In this document: positions 24,756 through 38,978 of the stretch, piece after piece
Layout of the letters: every line of letters starts with the position of its first letter
How positions within the stretch are numbered: position 1 is the first letter of the stretch
NCBI GenBank assembly: GCA_951406725.2
Contig: OX597825.1
Coordinates: 86,056,001-86,120,000, forward strand
Length of the DNA: 64,000 bases
DNA from: Octopus vulgaris
Lineage: Eukaryota
Direction: 5' to 3'
Made by a program: the position numbers and the translations under genes
Notes under the pieces: generated by a model
Told to the model about the DNA's origin: nothing
Database searches by the model: none
The model's input: only the letters and a program-made list of their open reading frames with translations

Positions 24756-27461
24756 TGTAGCCAAAACTGCAAAGGCGCTTTGGAACTCAGCTAAGGATAG
24801 GAAGCTCCGAATGATCTGTCCTTTTTTTTGTGCTGGCTGTGACAAAAGAATTTGTATGGTGGACAAAGTTTAAAGAACAAAAGGCTGATATTTTCCTTTT
24901 TGGTCAAACCCTCATTGACTCTTTGAGTTTTGCTTGGGAAAGAAGATGGAGATGGAAGTGCTCTGCTCAGGTAAAAGGTAGGTAACCATGGTGACACTGA
25001 CTCTACTCTGAGTATACACCTAGGGGTCAGAGAATGACAACTGGGAAAGGGTACATGCCCTGGTGGTCAGAGTGATCTTGGATCAGTAGGGTTTCTTGAC
25101 AAGACCCAATTGCAGGTTCTTCTGCATCAAAGGGACCCAATCGTCTTATATTTCTATGGCTTTTATATCTCATTCCTTATTTTTTTTCCCCTCGTTTCAT
25201 TTCAATGCAATCCTCCACACTTTATTCCTCATCTTCATAATGTCTCCCCCCCCCCACCTTCATCTAATGCTACTGCAGCGAATAAAATACACCATCATCA
25301 TCATCATCATCATTATCATTGAGGGATGAGCTGGCAGAAGTGTTAGCATGCTGGATGAAATGCTTAGTGATATTTTGTCAGTCTTCGTGTTCTGAGTTCA
25401 AATTCTGCCGAGGTCGACTTTGCCTTTCATCTTTTCAAGGTTAATAAAACAAGTACCAACTGAGTGCTGGGGTTGATGCAATTGACTTACCCCACCCCCA
25501 CCCGAAATTTTAGGCCTTGTACCTATACCAGAAAGCATTGTTGTTGTTGTTGTTGTCATCATCGTCATCGTTGTTAAAGTGGTGACCTGGCAAAATCATT
25601 ACAGCATCTTCAGAAAATGATTTTCTGGTATTTCTTTTGGTTCTTTATATTCTGAGTTCAAATCCCACCAAAGTCAAGTCTGCCCTTCTCCCAAGTTTCA
25701 GGCCCTTCTTCCTATTTTAGAGACGAGAAACGTTAGAGCATCAAGCAAAACCCTTTGTGGTATTTAGTTGCTGCTCTTTACAAAGCCAGCAGTTTTGAGG
25801 GGAGGGGCTTAGCCAATACCATTGACCCCTTAATAATTAATCGGTAATTTATTTTATTGGCCCTGAAAGGATGGAAAGCAAAGTTGACCTCAGCAAGATT
25901 TGAACTCAGAATATGAGGTGCAGGGGAATGATTTCTAACTTAATTACAGGGTCATAATTGGTGAAATAGTCAATAGTCTTAACGAACCCAGAAAGATGAA
26001 AGGCAATATTGATGGAATGGGAACAGAAAATCACTAAATACTCCAAGACATTTTCTACATTATTCTACAAATTCTACCAGTCCACCATCTTGTCTTATTG
26101 TTTCTTGTTTCCATCTGACATAATAATAATGATCCTTTATACTAAAGACACAAGGCCTGAAATTTTAGGGAAGGGAATGAGTCGATTACATTGACCCCCA
26201 CCAGTGCCCAACTGATACTTATTATACAGACCCCTGAAAGGATAGAAGGTAAAGTCGACCCTAGTGATATTTGAACTTAGATTGTAAAGACGAATGAAAT
26301 GTCGCCAAGCTTTTTGCCCAGCGTGCTAACGATTCTGCCAGCTCACCTCCTTATCTTACATAATAATAATAATGAATATTAATAATGATAATGATGATGA
26401 TGATTATAAAGCAGCCTATTATTTAACGACCTCAATTATCAGGCAGTAATTGAGGTCAGTCTGAACATTAATAGTTATTGGCTGCGTCTTCTGACACAGC
26501 AGAGTAAAACTGGGATGAAAGATAGAGCTGGGAACAGACACAGCTGAAACGAGGAGGACTTATTGGGACATGTCATTCATTATTGTCATTCATTGAGACA
26601 CTGAGTCATCTGTGTAAGTAGAACACACTCACACAAACATACATCCATGCATGAGCGGAGATCAGCATTCACCCCCATCCCCCACCCCACCCACACACAC
26701 ATAACGATTCATTTTTTCATGCTTGCATGAATCAGATGGAATTTGTTGAGGCAAATCTTTTATAACTGGATGCCCTTCTCTTTGCCAAATATCAGCTCTT
26801 TTCAATCCCATCTCATCAAGGTCATCCCATAGGACGCCCATTTTATAGGGGTTTCGGTTGTGCATACTATAAGGGTCACAGGGTGCTGCTCCATGTGGTC
26901 CTACAGTTTCCATCTAACTAGGATTATTAGGGTCTCGTCCATTGTCTTGTATCCCAGATCCTCCGCATGGCATCCTGCTAGTTCAAAGCCAGGAATCTGA
27001 TCTGTTAGGTCCCCTGCCGATAAGGCCTTGCAGCCAACGCTTCTTTTCAAATGAAATAATATTTCTCCATGGCTGGACATGTTTTTATGGAAGACTGTTG
27101 CTTGTATAATGGCAATGTGGTCAACTGGCTTGCTAGAAGTAGTAGCTAATCTTTCTTAACAGCCTACCAACTTAAGAAGGGTGTATTAGTTAATGTAGTT
27201 TTACTTTAAAGACATGATAGTCACAGCTGGAATGCCTTTGATCATCGATCAATCTGTTTAATCTGGGGCTAAACAATAACAGCAACTAAATTCTTGGTAA
27301 TAGCTTTATCAGTTCACTCATTCTCGGGGTTAAAATGATTGGTTAATCATGTCATATTTGACACAAGTTGTTCTCAATAAAGGTTAATTATTTATGACAA
27401 AAGACTAAATTTAGCTAAGAGATAATAACGAGGTCACTCTTTCTCCAGTCTCAGAAACCTA

Positions 27462-27505
<44 letters not shown>

Positions 27506-28069
27506 CTCTCAGTCTCGTGTTATTCTGACAGCTGTTCAAATATTTTATGGCGGTGTCATTCCATTCCATGTCAAAGTTCTGAATGTTTTGTGTCTGACAA
27601 CCTTTGTAAACCATTCAAGGATTCTCTGTTAGATAAGAGAGTCATCTAGATCAGTGTGCTGTTTCTTGCCAAAGATAGGCCTGGAACTGAGACAACTGAA
27701 GAAAGCCCTCCAGGAGATAGGCATGGCAGCTGAAACTACCTCAAGATGGCTGTGGTTGATAAGAGAGGCTGCAAGTGGGATCCTTCTGTAGAAGACAAGG
27801 TTCAGTTCTTGCTGCCCATCTCAGGCTGAGGGGTGAAACACTTCTAACCCCCAGATACCTGCTGACAATATGGAAGGGTTTCCAGTATTGCAATGGATAA
27901 GGAAGAGCTGGCAAAACGTTTGAGTAGCTCCTGCAGTTTCTGCAAGGAGCAAAGCATCTCTGATACTGGTTCCACTGATTCAAGATCTGATATTCATTCA
28001 TGGAGTTTCTTTTCTTTATCTTTCCATGAAGCCGAAGGGGGTCCAGACAACCAGCTGTCCATTTAAGGC

Positions 28070-28664
28070 TGTATATGGCTATGGTGTGGCCACACTTGGA
28101 ATTTGCATCACCAATCTGGAACTCCTATCTTGCTCAGGACATTAACCTCCTGGAAACTGTTCAGAGATGTGCAACCAACCGAATACCCTCATCAGACATC
28201 TACCATATTCTGAATGCCTTGCTTCCCTGGGCATGGATACATTGAAGCTCTGATGTCTGGCAACTGACTTGCAAAATACCTACAAAATTATTAACCATTG
28301 TGCTAACAACCACCTTGAGCACCTTTTTGAGCTCCATGTGTCTAATACATATGGGCATGGCTACAAAGTCAGAAAACAGCACATGACTTTTGGAAAGATT
28401 TTTTCACACTCAAAGTTGCTGAAGCATGAAACAAACTACCTGCATCAGTTGTTAGCTACTAAGACATCGAATCCTTTAAAACCTCCATGCTTCCTGAAAT
28501 TCACCAACACTACACCTGATATCCACCTCCTACTCCATTCGCATGCACATATGTATATCATGATAAATACACTGTTCACTTTCCTGACTTTTGTACATAA
28601 TTCTATGTACTGTACCTGCACCTTTGATGAGTTTTAGTGCACCTGAGCACCATACACAATAATT

Positions 28665-28697
<33 letters not shown>
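28070..28697 (+). mobile_element. CR1-like LINE 3' fragment
   Basis: MVWPHLEFASPIWNSYLAQDINLLETVQRCAT-type RT C-terminus, then 3' UTR and (ATT)n tail. Confidence 0.75.
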
Positions 28698-28699
<2 letters not shown>

Positions 28700-29748
28700 C
28701 CTTTACAGGACTTCCAAGGGTTGTAGAATGGAGGGGAGCAGGAAGGAAAGTATTACCAAACCAGAGACCTGGCTTTAATGCTTGCAGCACATCACAGTGA
28801 ACTCCACAAGAAAAAGGTCCTTAAGGCTGGTATTAAACTGGGCAAAGGATCAAATCTACTCCAGAAGTAGACCATAGCAGGATTTGAACTCAGAGCAGAC
28901 GGAGGTGGAACAAATACCACAAGGCACCCAGGTGTGGTATTCTTACAATTTCATCATTCCACTGCTCTGGATTAGTATGATTTTATGGACCCCTTAAAAA
29001 GATGAAAGGTAATGTTAACTAAGGCTATTCAGGACCCTCTGACATTAATCCCGCAAACCCTGTACAAACGTTGCTTTACTTAGGAAGTATTTATATTTCT
29101 AGGAGATAGGGTACTTTGATTAAACGTCTGGATATATCTCAGGTGTCACAGCTAATGAGATTACAAATGATGAAACTATTTATCTGTCGCTTCTAGTGAT
29201 AAGGTTAATAGCCTGTAAACCAACGGGCAAGGTGACTACCTTCTTTGTAAAAATGCTACATTCTGCAGTGAACCAGTAACTGGGCCAATGGAAACCAATG
29301 AATCTATGCATGTATGTAGTGTAATAAGATAAAGCCAGTCCACAGTGTCTTTATACATAGTCCACAGACTGTCTATATACCAGGTGGTGTATATATATAT
29401 TTATGAATCATTTATTTTATCATGAAATATGAAGGTTTTAGGTTTTGGTTAATAAAAGTCTACAGGTTGGTTGTTATATTTATTGACAGCATTTTACATC
29501 CATTCCACAATTCAAAATAGCTGTTCTTTGCTGCCAACAAAGTTCTTAATCTTTTCTCAACTGAAGTTTGAATAATGGCCAAACACATTTGTACGTTGCA
29601 ATCCAGGATATAAACAATTCACAGTCAGAAGAATGAGAGGCACAGGTGACTTCAGCGGGATTTGAACTCAAAACATTAAAAAAAAATAGCTGGAAGGAAA
29701 ATCATAAGGCATTTTCCAATGCTCAAGCAATTCTACTGCTTGCCACCT

Positions 29749-29817
<69 letters not shown>

Positions 29818-30057
29818 GTTTCGAGTTTTGGCACAAGGCCAGCAATTTTGGCTGAGAGCTAAGTCGATTACATCAACCACCACTTATTTTGTTGCTCCCG
29901 AAGGGATGGCAGGCAAAGTCAACCTTTGCAGAATGTGAATGTAGGGACAGACAAACTGCCACGAAGTATTTTGCCCAGCATGCTAACAATTCTGCCAGCT
30001 CACTGCCTTCGATAATAATAATAATAATATAATAATAATAATAATAATAACGATAAT

Positions 30058-30597
30058 GCCCTGATGCAGTACCAGGCAGTGGCTCTCAAGGCTTCTGATT
30101 TTAACTGATTGGAAGTGTTACCATGTACATTGCTTTGTTTTAGTTTATACCAAGATGGAATACAGCAAATATTCTGTTCAATACCACAGATTTGCTTGAC
30201 CTTAAGCAGTTGAGCATGTCCCTTAGTGGCTGATCATAAACAGAAGTAGTGGGGGAGTATCATAGCCATGTGTTGAGAGGGATTCTTTCGGGTTTGAGTA
30301 ATTCACCTCTGGAAACATGGGGGTTTCGTTCAACATTCTTAAACAACCCTTATTCAAGGACCTTTTGAGTGGGATGGGTTACTCGACCAGAAGAAAATTC
30401 TAACTGGACCTCATCTGCAAGGTCATGCGCTGTTTATCTTGATATGAGATCACCATGTAGCACACATATGGTTGTGATGCATGTGCCTGGTGTATCCTTA
30501 TCAGACGGGTAGTCATGATGGGTATACTGGGCTTCGTATATTTTATCCCAGTGTCACTTTGATGGCAGGCACTGCTCTGTCACTCAATAATAATAAT
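30058..30597 (+). mobile_element. Longer copy of the (AAT)n-embedded retroposon
   Basis: Aligns to 4108-4590. Confidence 0.75.
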
Positions 30598-30810
30598 GTT
30601 AAAAAATAGTTGACCATGGCAGGATTTGAACTCAGAATCTAAAGGGTCAGAGCAAATACTGCAAAGTACTTTTTGTGATGCTTAAATGGTTGTGGGTGGA
30701 CAGTGGAAGCCTGGGAAACTTATTTGGAAAGTTTTTGATACAAAGTAAAGATGAATATGAACAAAACTTTAATTGAAAGTCTAAGGTAAAGGAATTGGAC
30801 ACAGAATGAC

Positions 30811-30841
<31 letters not shown>

Positions 30842-32597
30842 GTGGTGGATTTAGGTTTTCACATGAAACATGTCATCATTGTTTCGTTTTTGGATTTGGT
30901 TTGCAAGATTCTTTAAGTGAGTTCATTATTGAAAAGGTTGCAAAACACAATGAAAATTTTAGAAGAATAAAAAAGAAATAAATGGAAATTTTGCCGGTGA
31001 GTGTGTTAGATTATAAGGCACCAAAAGAGAATGACTCTCCCCAGACACAACGTGTTATTATTAAATAAACTGAAAAGAGACTAAATTTGGTTCCATATTG
31101 GTAAGTGAGGTATTAAAGAGTTAAATAAGAAGAATGTTTAGCAGACCAAACAACTATTCTAACATGAAAAATGCCTGAATCTAAATCCCATACATTACAC
31201 CCATGTTGACAGGGTGACACAGGAGAGAAAACATCGGAGAAAAAAAAGAAGGAAAGAAACATGAAATATAAAAAGCTTTAGTTTCCAGTTTTGCTTTTTG
31301 TTTAGGTTTTTTTTGCTTTTATTTTATTTTGTTTTACATCAGATTGTTTCTTTTTTTGTTTTCCCAAATGAATTCTTGTGAAAGATGAAACAAAAAGGTT
31401 ATTGTTATATTTGAAACACTGACATTAACTCATGATGCATCAACGTGGTGTTGTTGGATTCAGGTTTTAAAGACCCACCACCACCACCACCACTTCCTCC
31501 CCACAAAGAAATAAATAAAACAAACGTATATTACTGAATATATTTGTATTTCTACCACAATAGAAAATGTTAGTGAATTAGCCAAACACCACCACACACA
31601 CACACACCACCTCCCTGCTCTAAGCACTTTGTCCAATCTTCTCCCTCCCCCCCTCTAGAACTGATACCCTTTGAAAATGCCTTGCTGCCCCGCCCCCTCT
31701 ATTGTCTGTGGTAGCTGTCACCCTACAATGGTTCCATCTTCACATCACCCACATCAATCCCACCAGTTGAGACTGTTGAATACAAGCATCATGGCCTCTA
31801 CATCTCCCCCACGAAATGAAGTGTCCAAATTCTTCTCCAAGAATGGTAAATTATAGTTTTTGTTCTTTGGGTTCATGTCTTTTACACATCCTGATCTCCA
31901 TCTTCAGTATTATTGTTATTCTCAGAAGAAGGATTCATGACAAAGTTTGTGTTTTTGGTTTAATGTTGCTTGATGAGAGCAAAAAAGAAAGAGAATCAGG
32001 TACGTTGGACAAGTAAAGCCATCATACAGGTGCAGGCGTAGCTGTGGGGTAAGAAGCTTGCTTCCCAGCCACATGGTTCTGGGTTCAGTCCCACGTCCCA
32101 CTGTGAGGCATCTTGGACAAGTGTCTTCTACTATAACCCTGGGCTGAGCAAAGCCTTGTCAATGGATTTGTTCGACAGGAAATGAAACAAGCAATCATAA
32201 ATGTGTATAGGTCTTTATATCCATGCTTACCTCACACCCCACCGATTGGCAATCAGTGTTGTGTGTCGACATCCCCATAACTTAGCAGTTCAACAAAAGA
32301 TACTCAAGTACCAGGCCTTGGCAGAAAAAAAAAAAAAAAAAAAAAACAAGTACTAGAGACAATTCATTGAGCTAAAAGAGTTCTTTGAGGTGATGCCCCA
32401 GCATGGCCGTAGTTTAATGACTGAAACAAGTAAAAGAGAAAAGATGCTTTCAAAAGTTAAAATTAAATTTCAGTGAAGTCAGTCTTTGTCCAATGGTTGA
32501 TGCGTTTGGTCAAAATACCTCCACCTCTGCTTGCAGACCCTTAGATGTCATCCTCAACTAAAATGGCATTACACAACACAACACATATATATATATA

Positions 32598-33657
32598 CAA
32601 GATGTGGCAAAATGATCTGATATATTTGTAGGTTTAATAAAAGGGAAATAGAGTAAAGAACGAAAGATGTGTTTTTATTTTCAAAATGTACATATATATT
32701 TCTTTATTGCCCACAAAGGGCTAAACATAGAAGGGACAAAGACAGACAAAGGGATTAAATCGATTACATCGATCCCAGTGCGTTACTGGTACTTTATTTA
32801 TCGACCCCGAAAGGATGAAAGGTAAAGTCGACCTTGGCGGAATTTGAACTCGGGACGTAATAGCAGACGAAATACGCATTTCGCTTATTGTTTCAATAAG
32901 GGCATTTTGTGACATTTTGCTTCATTTTGCTTCCAGCTGCCAACACGTATTGGACGAGCGAGTATTGTGCTTTCATTGTGGAAATGTTTATCAAGAACAA
33001 TGAATCCGTAACTGCAACACGAAGAGTGTTCCGTGTGCACTTCAGGCTTGGTTGACATGACACATACCTACTCGAAACTCTGCAGCAGCAAAATTTGGCA
33101 TTTGGGGTCCATACTTCTTCGAAGAAGACAATGTTACAGTGACTGTGAACTCTGATTGATATTATGTGATGCTAGAGAACTTTCTGAAACCCAAATTGAA
33201 TGAACTTAATTATAGGGACTATATTTGGTTTCAACAGGAAGGGGCAACAGCCCGCACTTCTTGACATGCGATGGGGATTCTGAGGGAGATGTTCCCCGGT
33301 CATTTGATCTCATTTCGGTGACATCGGTTAGCCTGCCCAATCACCTGATTTTTTTCATGTGGGAATGCATGAAATCAGAAGTATACACTAATCGCTCTCA
33401 ATCTGCTGAACAGTTAAAAGATGTCATTCATCAAGAAATGGCTGCCATTCCACGTGAAACAGCCTGTTGAGTTATGGACAACTTTTGTGAACACCTTTGA
33501 CAGTAACGGTACCCACTTGACTGATTTCATTTTTAAAACCACATGAATCAAAATAGCATTATATATACATTTCGAAAATAAAAAGACATTTTCCGTTCTT
33601 TACCTATTTTGCTTTTATTAAACCTACAAATATGTCAAATCATTTTGCCCCACCCTG
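32598..33657 (+). mobile_element. Degenerate Tc1/mariner-superfamily (rosa/DD41D-like) transposon with long TIRs and a nested SINE at 32700-32880
   Basis: ~100-bp imperfect TIRs (..GGCAAAATGAT.TGA.ATATTTGTAGGTTTAATAAAAG), TA flanks, remnants GPYFFE, WFQQEGAT, PDFFMW..KSEVY. Confidence 0.8.
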
Positions 33658-34082
33658 TATATATATATATATATAAATAAATATATATTATTATGCACTG
33701 GTGGATTTCTGTATTAGGTATAGCCTTAATAAACACCCCACTAGCGCAGAAATATGTGTAGCATTGATTAAAAATATCTTCTTCCCCAACAGACTAATAA
33801 CAGGTAAGTTATATATATTTTTCAAATAGTTTTATTGTATTTCATAGTAGGTTTTTTAAATGCTTATACTATTTTTTTGGATATAACTTTCTATGGGTAT
33901 TCCATACAATAAAGTTATCCTGAAATAAGAGTTGCGGTTCTATTGGTAAAATCCCAAATTTGTAATAATAATATAAATGATACTCTTTACATTGCATTAG
34001 TAAAATGTAAAATAGTAAATGTCCTGATAACTTGGAATACATATTATTCCCTAAGTTTTTTTAAAATATAAATAAATATACG

Positions 34083-34113
<31 letters not shown>

Positions 34114-36258
34114 CTATGGAAAAAGAGAAAATACAAATTTTAAATTTGCAGCCTGTTCACAGCAGTGAACTGTGTCATCATCATTTAACACCCGTTTTCC
34201 ATGTTGTTTTAGGTTGGACAGTTTGACAAGCGTTGGCAGGGCCAGAGAGCTGCACCAGGCTCCAAGAGTTGGATGCCTTTCTTAATGCCAACTACTTTAC
34301 AGGGTGTAGAAACGGTGCTTTGATTGTACCCCCAACCACTGGTGCTTCTTATGTGGCACCAGCACCAGTGTGTAAATAATATTTATTAGTACAAGAATAT
34401 GAAAGGGATAAGAATTCAGAGAATTCTGCAAAATATTCAGTTTGGAAAATGGTGGTTTTGTCTTTTATTATGACAAACAGTGGATTTCTAGTTGACAGAT
34501 TCTGAGGAAATTTTGTAAACTGGAAAAAATATAGTTTGTAATTTTTTTAGAAGAGAAAAGTGAACTGTTTGAAAGCCATTTTATCATTTCTTCTTCATTT
34601 TCACATGTTTTTCAATAACAGCATGGGTTAGGTGAGTGCTACTGAAGCTGTTTTACAGCTGGGTACCTTTCCTGTCACTAACCCTTGCCTGTTTTTTAAG
34701 TAAGGGATCTCTTACTTCACACAGCTTCAAAAGTAAAACAAGAAGAGAGTTCATTGCTGAGAGAACTGACATTCCCTCTCATCAATTACAACTTTTAGTA
34801 AAAGCACGAGCAAATGAAAACACACACACACAATAGCCATCTTTCAATTTGTACCAGGGTGGCAAACTTGTTACCCGTGCAGCCACTCCTGCACTTTTGT
34901 CTATTTGATTGTAGCATTCTCAGTTGATGTAACAACCATCTCAATGGTTTCAGTTTGAAACTATTCGCAACAGCAAATTGTTTCCTGGCTCAGTTAACGA
35001 TATAGAGATTCAACCCAGTTTCCACCAGAGTGAATGTTCTGAAGATGGGTGACAGGAACAGCATCAGGCTTTCAAAAATCAGTTTCAGCAAATTCTGTCT
35101 GCCCGACTCGAGTATGGAAAAATGGGTGTTAAATAATGATGATGATGATGATGATGATGATGTCGAGAAACAGCCAGCTTATTGCAAGAGTCCTTTTGAT
35201 GACTCCCCACCAACCTCACTTCCAGATGATGGCATTAATTTCTGGCTATCATTATTCTGCAAATAGTTTTGGAAAACTAAGAGAATTTGCCAAGTCTTAC
35301 ATCTGTCATTTTGCTACGACACACAGATGTGGCTGAACATTTTCATTCACAAAACTATTAAAAGACAATAAAATGGCATTTCGGATTCTCTGAGGGTCTC
35401 AAAACTAATATAAACATTAAAAGCTGGCCAAATTCAGAAATCTCATTTAAATAAATTAAACTTCCATATTGTTAAACATATTTAATTATTATTTTGAATA
35501 TAAAAAGTGCTAATATCTATCTAGTTATTTTAACATACTACATTAATTCATTAATTCAACTATGAAAAAACATTTTTCCTTCCTCAAAGTTATGCTGTCA
35601 ATATTGTCTTTGTGAGTTAACATTATATCATTTTATAATATCAACATCACAAACACACACACACATTCTCATACTCAAATTTCCACTTTTACACACACAC
35701 ACACCCAAACATTTAATTTCTTCTGATCATATCCCTCATTAACTCACCTTTTTACTCACTCTTCTCTGCCAGAAACCACAAACCCTGTTTACTCCCTCTC
35801 CACCATTATTCTGTATATTCCTTCTCTCACATTACTTTTTCCCTTCTTAAAAATAGTTTTCCCTTTTGTTTTCCTTCTATCTGACAAAGAACAACTCCCC
35901 ACCACCACAAAAGCTCCATGTATTTCAGACAGTACACCTTTTTAGAACAATTTACCTGAACATTAGATGAAGTGTTTCCTTTCTTTATTTAAAATAGTAA
36001 AGGTGTAACTGAAATGAAATTTAGCAGCTGGTTTTAGTAGTTTGAGGCTCCTTGTCAGCTCACTACAACTGTTTTTGTTGAAGTTAATATTTTATAGCTA
36101 TAAAGCAATATTCCTCCAAACAGTTTCAGAATTTGTAGACCTATCCAACCCATGCATGTTTATTAATAAACAAATATCAACTCATTGATGTCATTAAATT
36201 TCCAAAGAGATTCTTCAGATTTTGGAATGAAACAACACTGCAATAAAATGACCAATAT

Positions 36259-36264
36259 TTTATT
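36259..36264 (-). terminator. Candidate DAP3 polyadenylation signal AATAAA
   Basis: First AATAAA, about 33 nt after the stop codon; the AT-rich context makes it non-unique. Confidence 0.4.
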
Positions 36265-36296
36265 TCCTATATACATTCACTAAATCAAAGACAGCA

Positions 36297-36382
36297 TCAA
36301 CAGGAGGCACAGATTTTGCACAGCTGCATTGGATTGTGGTTACTTAAGAAGATTAATTCTTTCTTGCCTTCTTCTGTTTTGG
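36297..36382 (-). CDS. DAP3: DAP3 last coding exon (A-KTEEGKKELIFLSNHNPMQLCKICASC*)
   Basis: tttcag acceptor; TEEGKKEL.FLS..NP motif; TGA at 36297-36299. Confidence 0.95.
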
Positions 36383-38661
36383 CTGAAAAATATTAAACAA
36401 TAGGGATACATTAGAAAATTACTATCTTTAAGTCTCACAACGAAAGATATTCAGCAACAGTACTTTGTAGTAAAGACTGTTTGCCAACATAACACGGCAG
36501 TCCTGGTTTAGGACGAATGTTGCTGTAATTTAGCTGAGTAGGGGTGCTAGATTCCCTTGTTCGAAAATAAGGACACAGATCATGTCACATAGCCAGCTGG
36601 AGACGATGTCTCCTGGGGCTAAATTACAGCAACATTCATCCTAAACCAGGACTGCCATGTTATGTTGGCAAACAGTCTTTACTCCAATAAGAATACATAT
36701 ATATATAACAAGGTGAATATATACATATAACAAGCTGGAAAGATAAATTATAAATTATATATATATATATATATATATAAACATATGATTGAAATATCTA
36801 TAGTGGCACAGTTAGCATTTAGCAAATCCATAACCAGTTAAAGATTTGTCCAGTTCCATCCTGTCTTTTGAATGGGAATCTTTTTTGAATAAAATATCAG
36901 TAAACATTCAGAAATGTCTCAGAGTGATTTACTTACTCCCTTCCCTTGTAGAAACCCCTCACCAGGCACCACTTTGTACAGAAGTCACGTCCCCAAAAGG
37001 TTGCTAATCAATGAAGATCCTGTCCATAACCAAGACATCCATTTCCAGTCAATCACTTCATTAATTAAGCAATCAATTTTCCAACTTAATCACTTGGCTC
37101 CTGATTTAATAGTGTACTCTAACCCTTAATCCTTTCGACAGACTCCATTTTGTTGTAAGCACCAGACCAGGTATTTTAGAGACACTTCAAAGAGACCTTT
37201 TGTGGCTGTGATTATTCTTTGTTTGCTGGTCATTGTCTTAGTTCAAAAGGTTGATTTTACTTTTCATCCTTTCAGATTCATTAAACTAATTACCAGTGAT
37301 ATAGAAAAACTAGATTCCCTCTCTTTTCATAAATTCATATAAAATGGCCTCGAGTCAAACCAGAGAAACCATTGCCAGACATTAAGTTCACTACTGTAGC
37401 AGAGGTTTGAAACTGAATCCCTGGATACGTGGTCAGACATCATGAGCAAACTACAATAGTTTCATGTGATTGGTCTAGTAAGCAACCAATCAGCATCAAG
37501 CCATCACATGATTCAATCTAGAGAGGGGTTCCCAGCCTTATTTTGCTTGTGGATGCCCTGAGAGCTGTCTTATCATCTATGGACCCCATATATGCACATG
37601 TAAAGTTTTGAAATAAAATATTTGTAGGTTAGTAAAAACTAACAATGAAACAATTTCATTATATTCATAATTTCAATTAATACAGTAAACAAAATTCATA
37701 TATGGACACACTAATTACAATTTTTTACTTGTGGACCCTTTTAAAGCTGCTGTGGACCCCTGGGGGTCCATGTGGACTCCGGTAGGGAACCCTTGATCTA
37801 GAATCTTCTGGTGTTCCATAAAAGGCCCTTTTGGCAGTAATTAATTGCAGAATGTTGAGGCAGTTGTGCCATATGTGTCTCCATGCTTTCCACACCAGAC
37901 GGCCCACACAGATGGCTCTGACAGATAACCAAGAACCTCTGTCACCACGAATGTAGTACAATTGCTTCCAGTTATGCTGGGCCAGCCACATGTTGCCGCA
38001 TGCATAGTGTGTCGTAAACTCCAAGCTGTGTCTCTCTCTCCCAGCATGTAATTATTGCTGTGGTTATTCGTAAAAGACTGACACAGTTTGACTTTATGTG
38101 TGATAATAAAATCTTTTGTTAGACATTCACGATTGTCATTCAGTTACTTCTTCACAGAAACCACAAAACACTTTCCATTCAGCAACTCAGCGATCACACA
38201 GACCAGCCAACCCCTCCCCCAATTAATGTCCTACCGATACAGTGCGCGTATGCAGCGCCCCCAGTTGCGCCGGCAATGTCAACTCGGCTACGGCTATCCC
38301 GTCCAGTACGAGAGGAACTGCGGGATCAGAGCAACGGTTTGCGCGCTCACTTGATAGAGCGGTGGTGCCAGGCTGCCTCTGAGTGGTAACGGCTGAACGC
38401 CTCTAAGCCGGAACCGTGGGCGGACCCAAGTTGTTTTCCAAAAGCGTCTCAACCTCAAGGCTCTTCATATATTTCAAATGTTGGTTTAGGACATGAGTGA
38501 AGGTTATATTCCTGGGAACAAACACCATTTCATCTTCAGAGAACTGAATATTAAATAAAGCGAAATGTATAGAAAGAAAGAAAGAAAGAAGGAACGAAGG
38601 AAGGAGGAAAGAAAGAAGAAAGAAAGAGAGAGGGAGAAAGAAAGAAGAGAGAAAGAGATAG

Positions 38662-38709
<48 letters not shown>

Positions 38710-38914
38710 TGAGAGAGAGAAAGTGAGGTGGGAAGAGGAGAGAGAGGGGGGAGTGCTCACCTTTAGGGTTCTGCAACCATAGTTGGTCAATGTAGTAATC
38801 GAGACAACTGAGGATTTCCTTGTCATTGTATTCTGGGACATAGACTGGGATGAACGGTTCCAACAACTCAAACGCCTTGGAAAGAAAAAGAATAAAATAT
38901 AACCATGCAAGCAA

Positions 38915-38978
<64 letters not shown>

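Noticed and set aside
24100-36200. Possible third gene between MTR and DAP3 (donor-like sites near 26614 and 32000)
   Set aside because: No chain of in-frame exons or recognisable protein motif was found and the region is mostly repeats; a non-coding transcript cannot be excluded without RNA data
38229-38427. Functional rRNA gene or rDNA unit
   Set aside because: Only ~200 nt, with no flanking 28S, 5.8S or 18S sequence; treated as an inserted fragment
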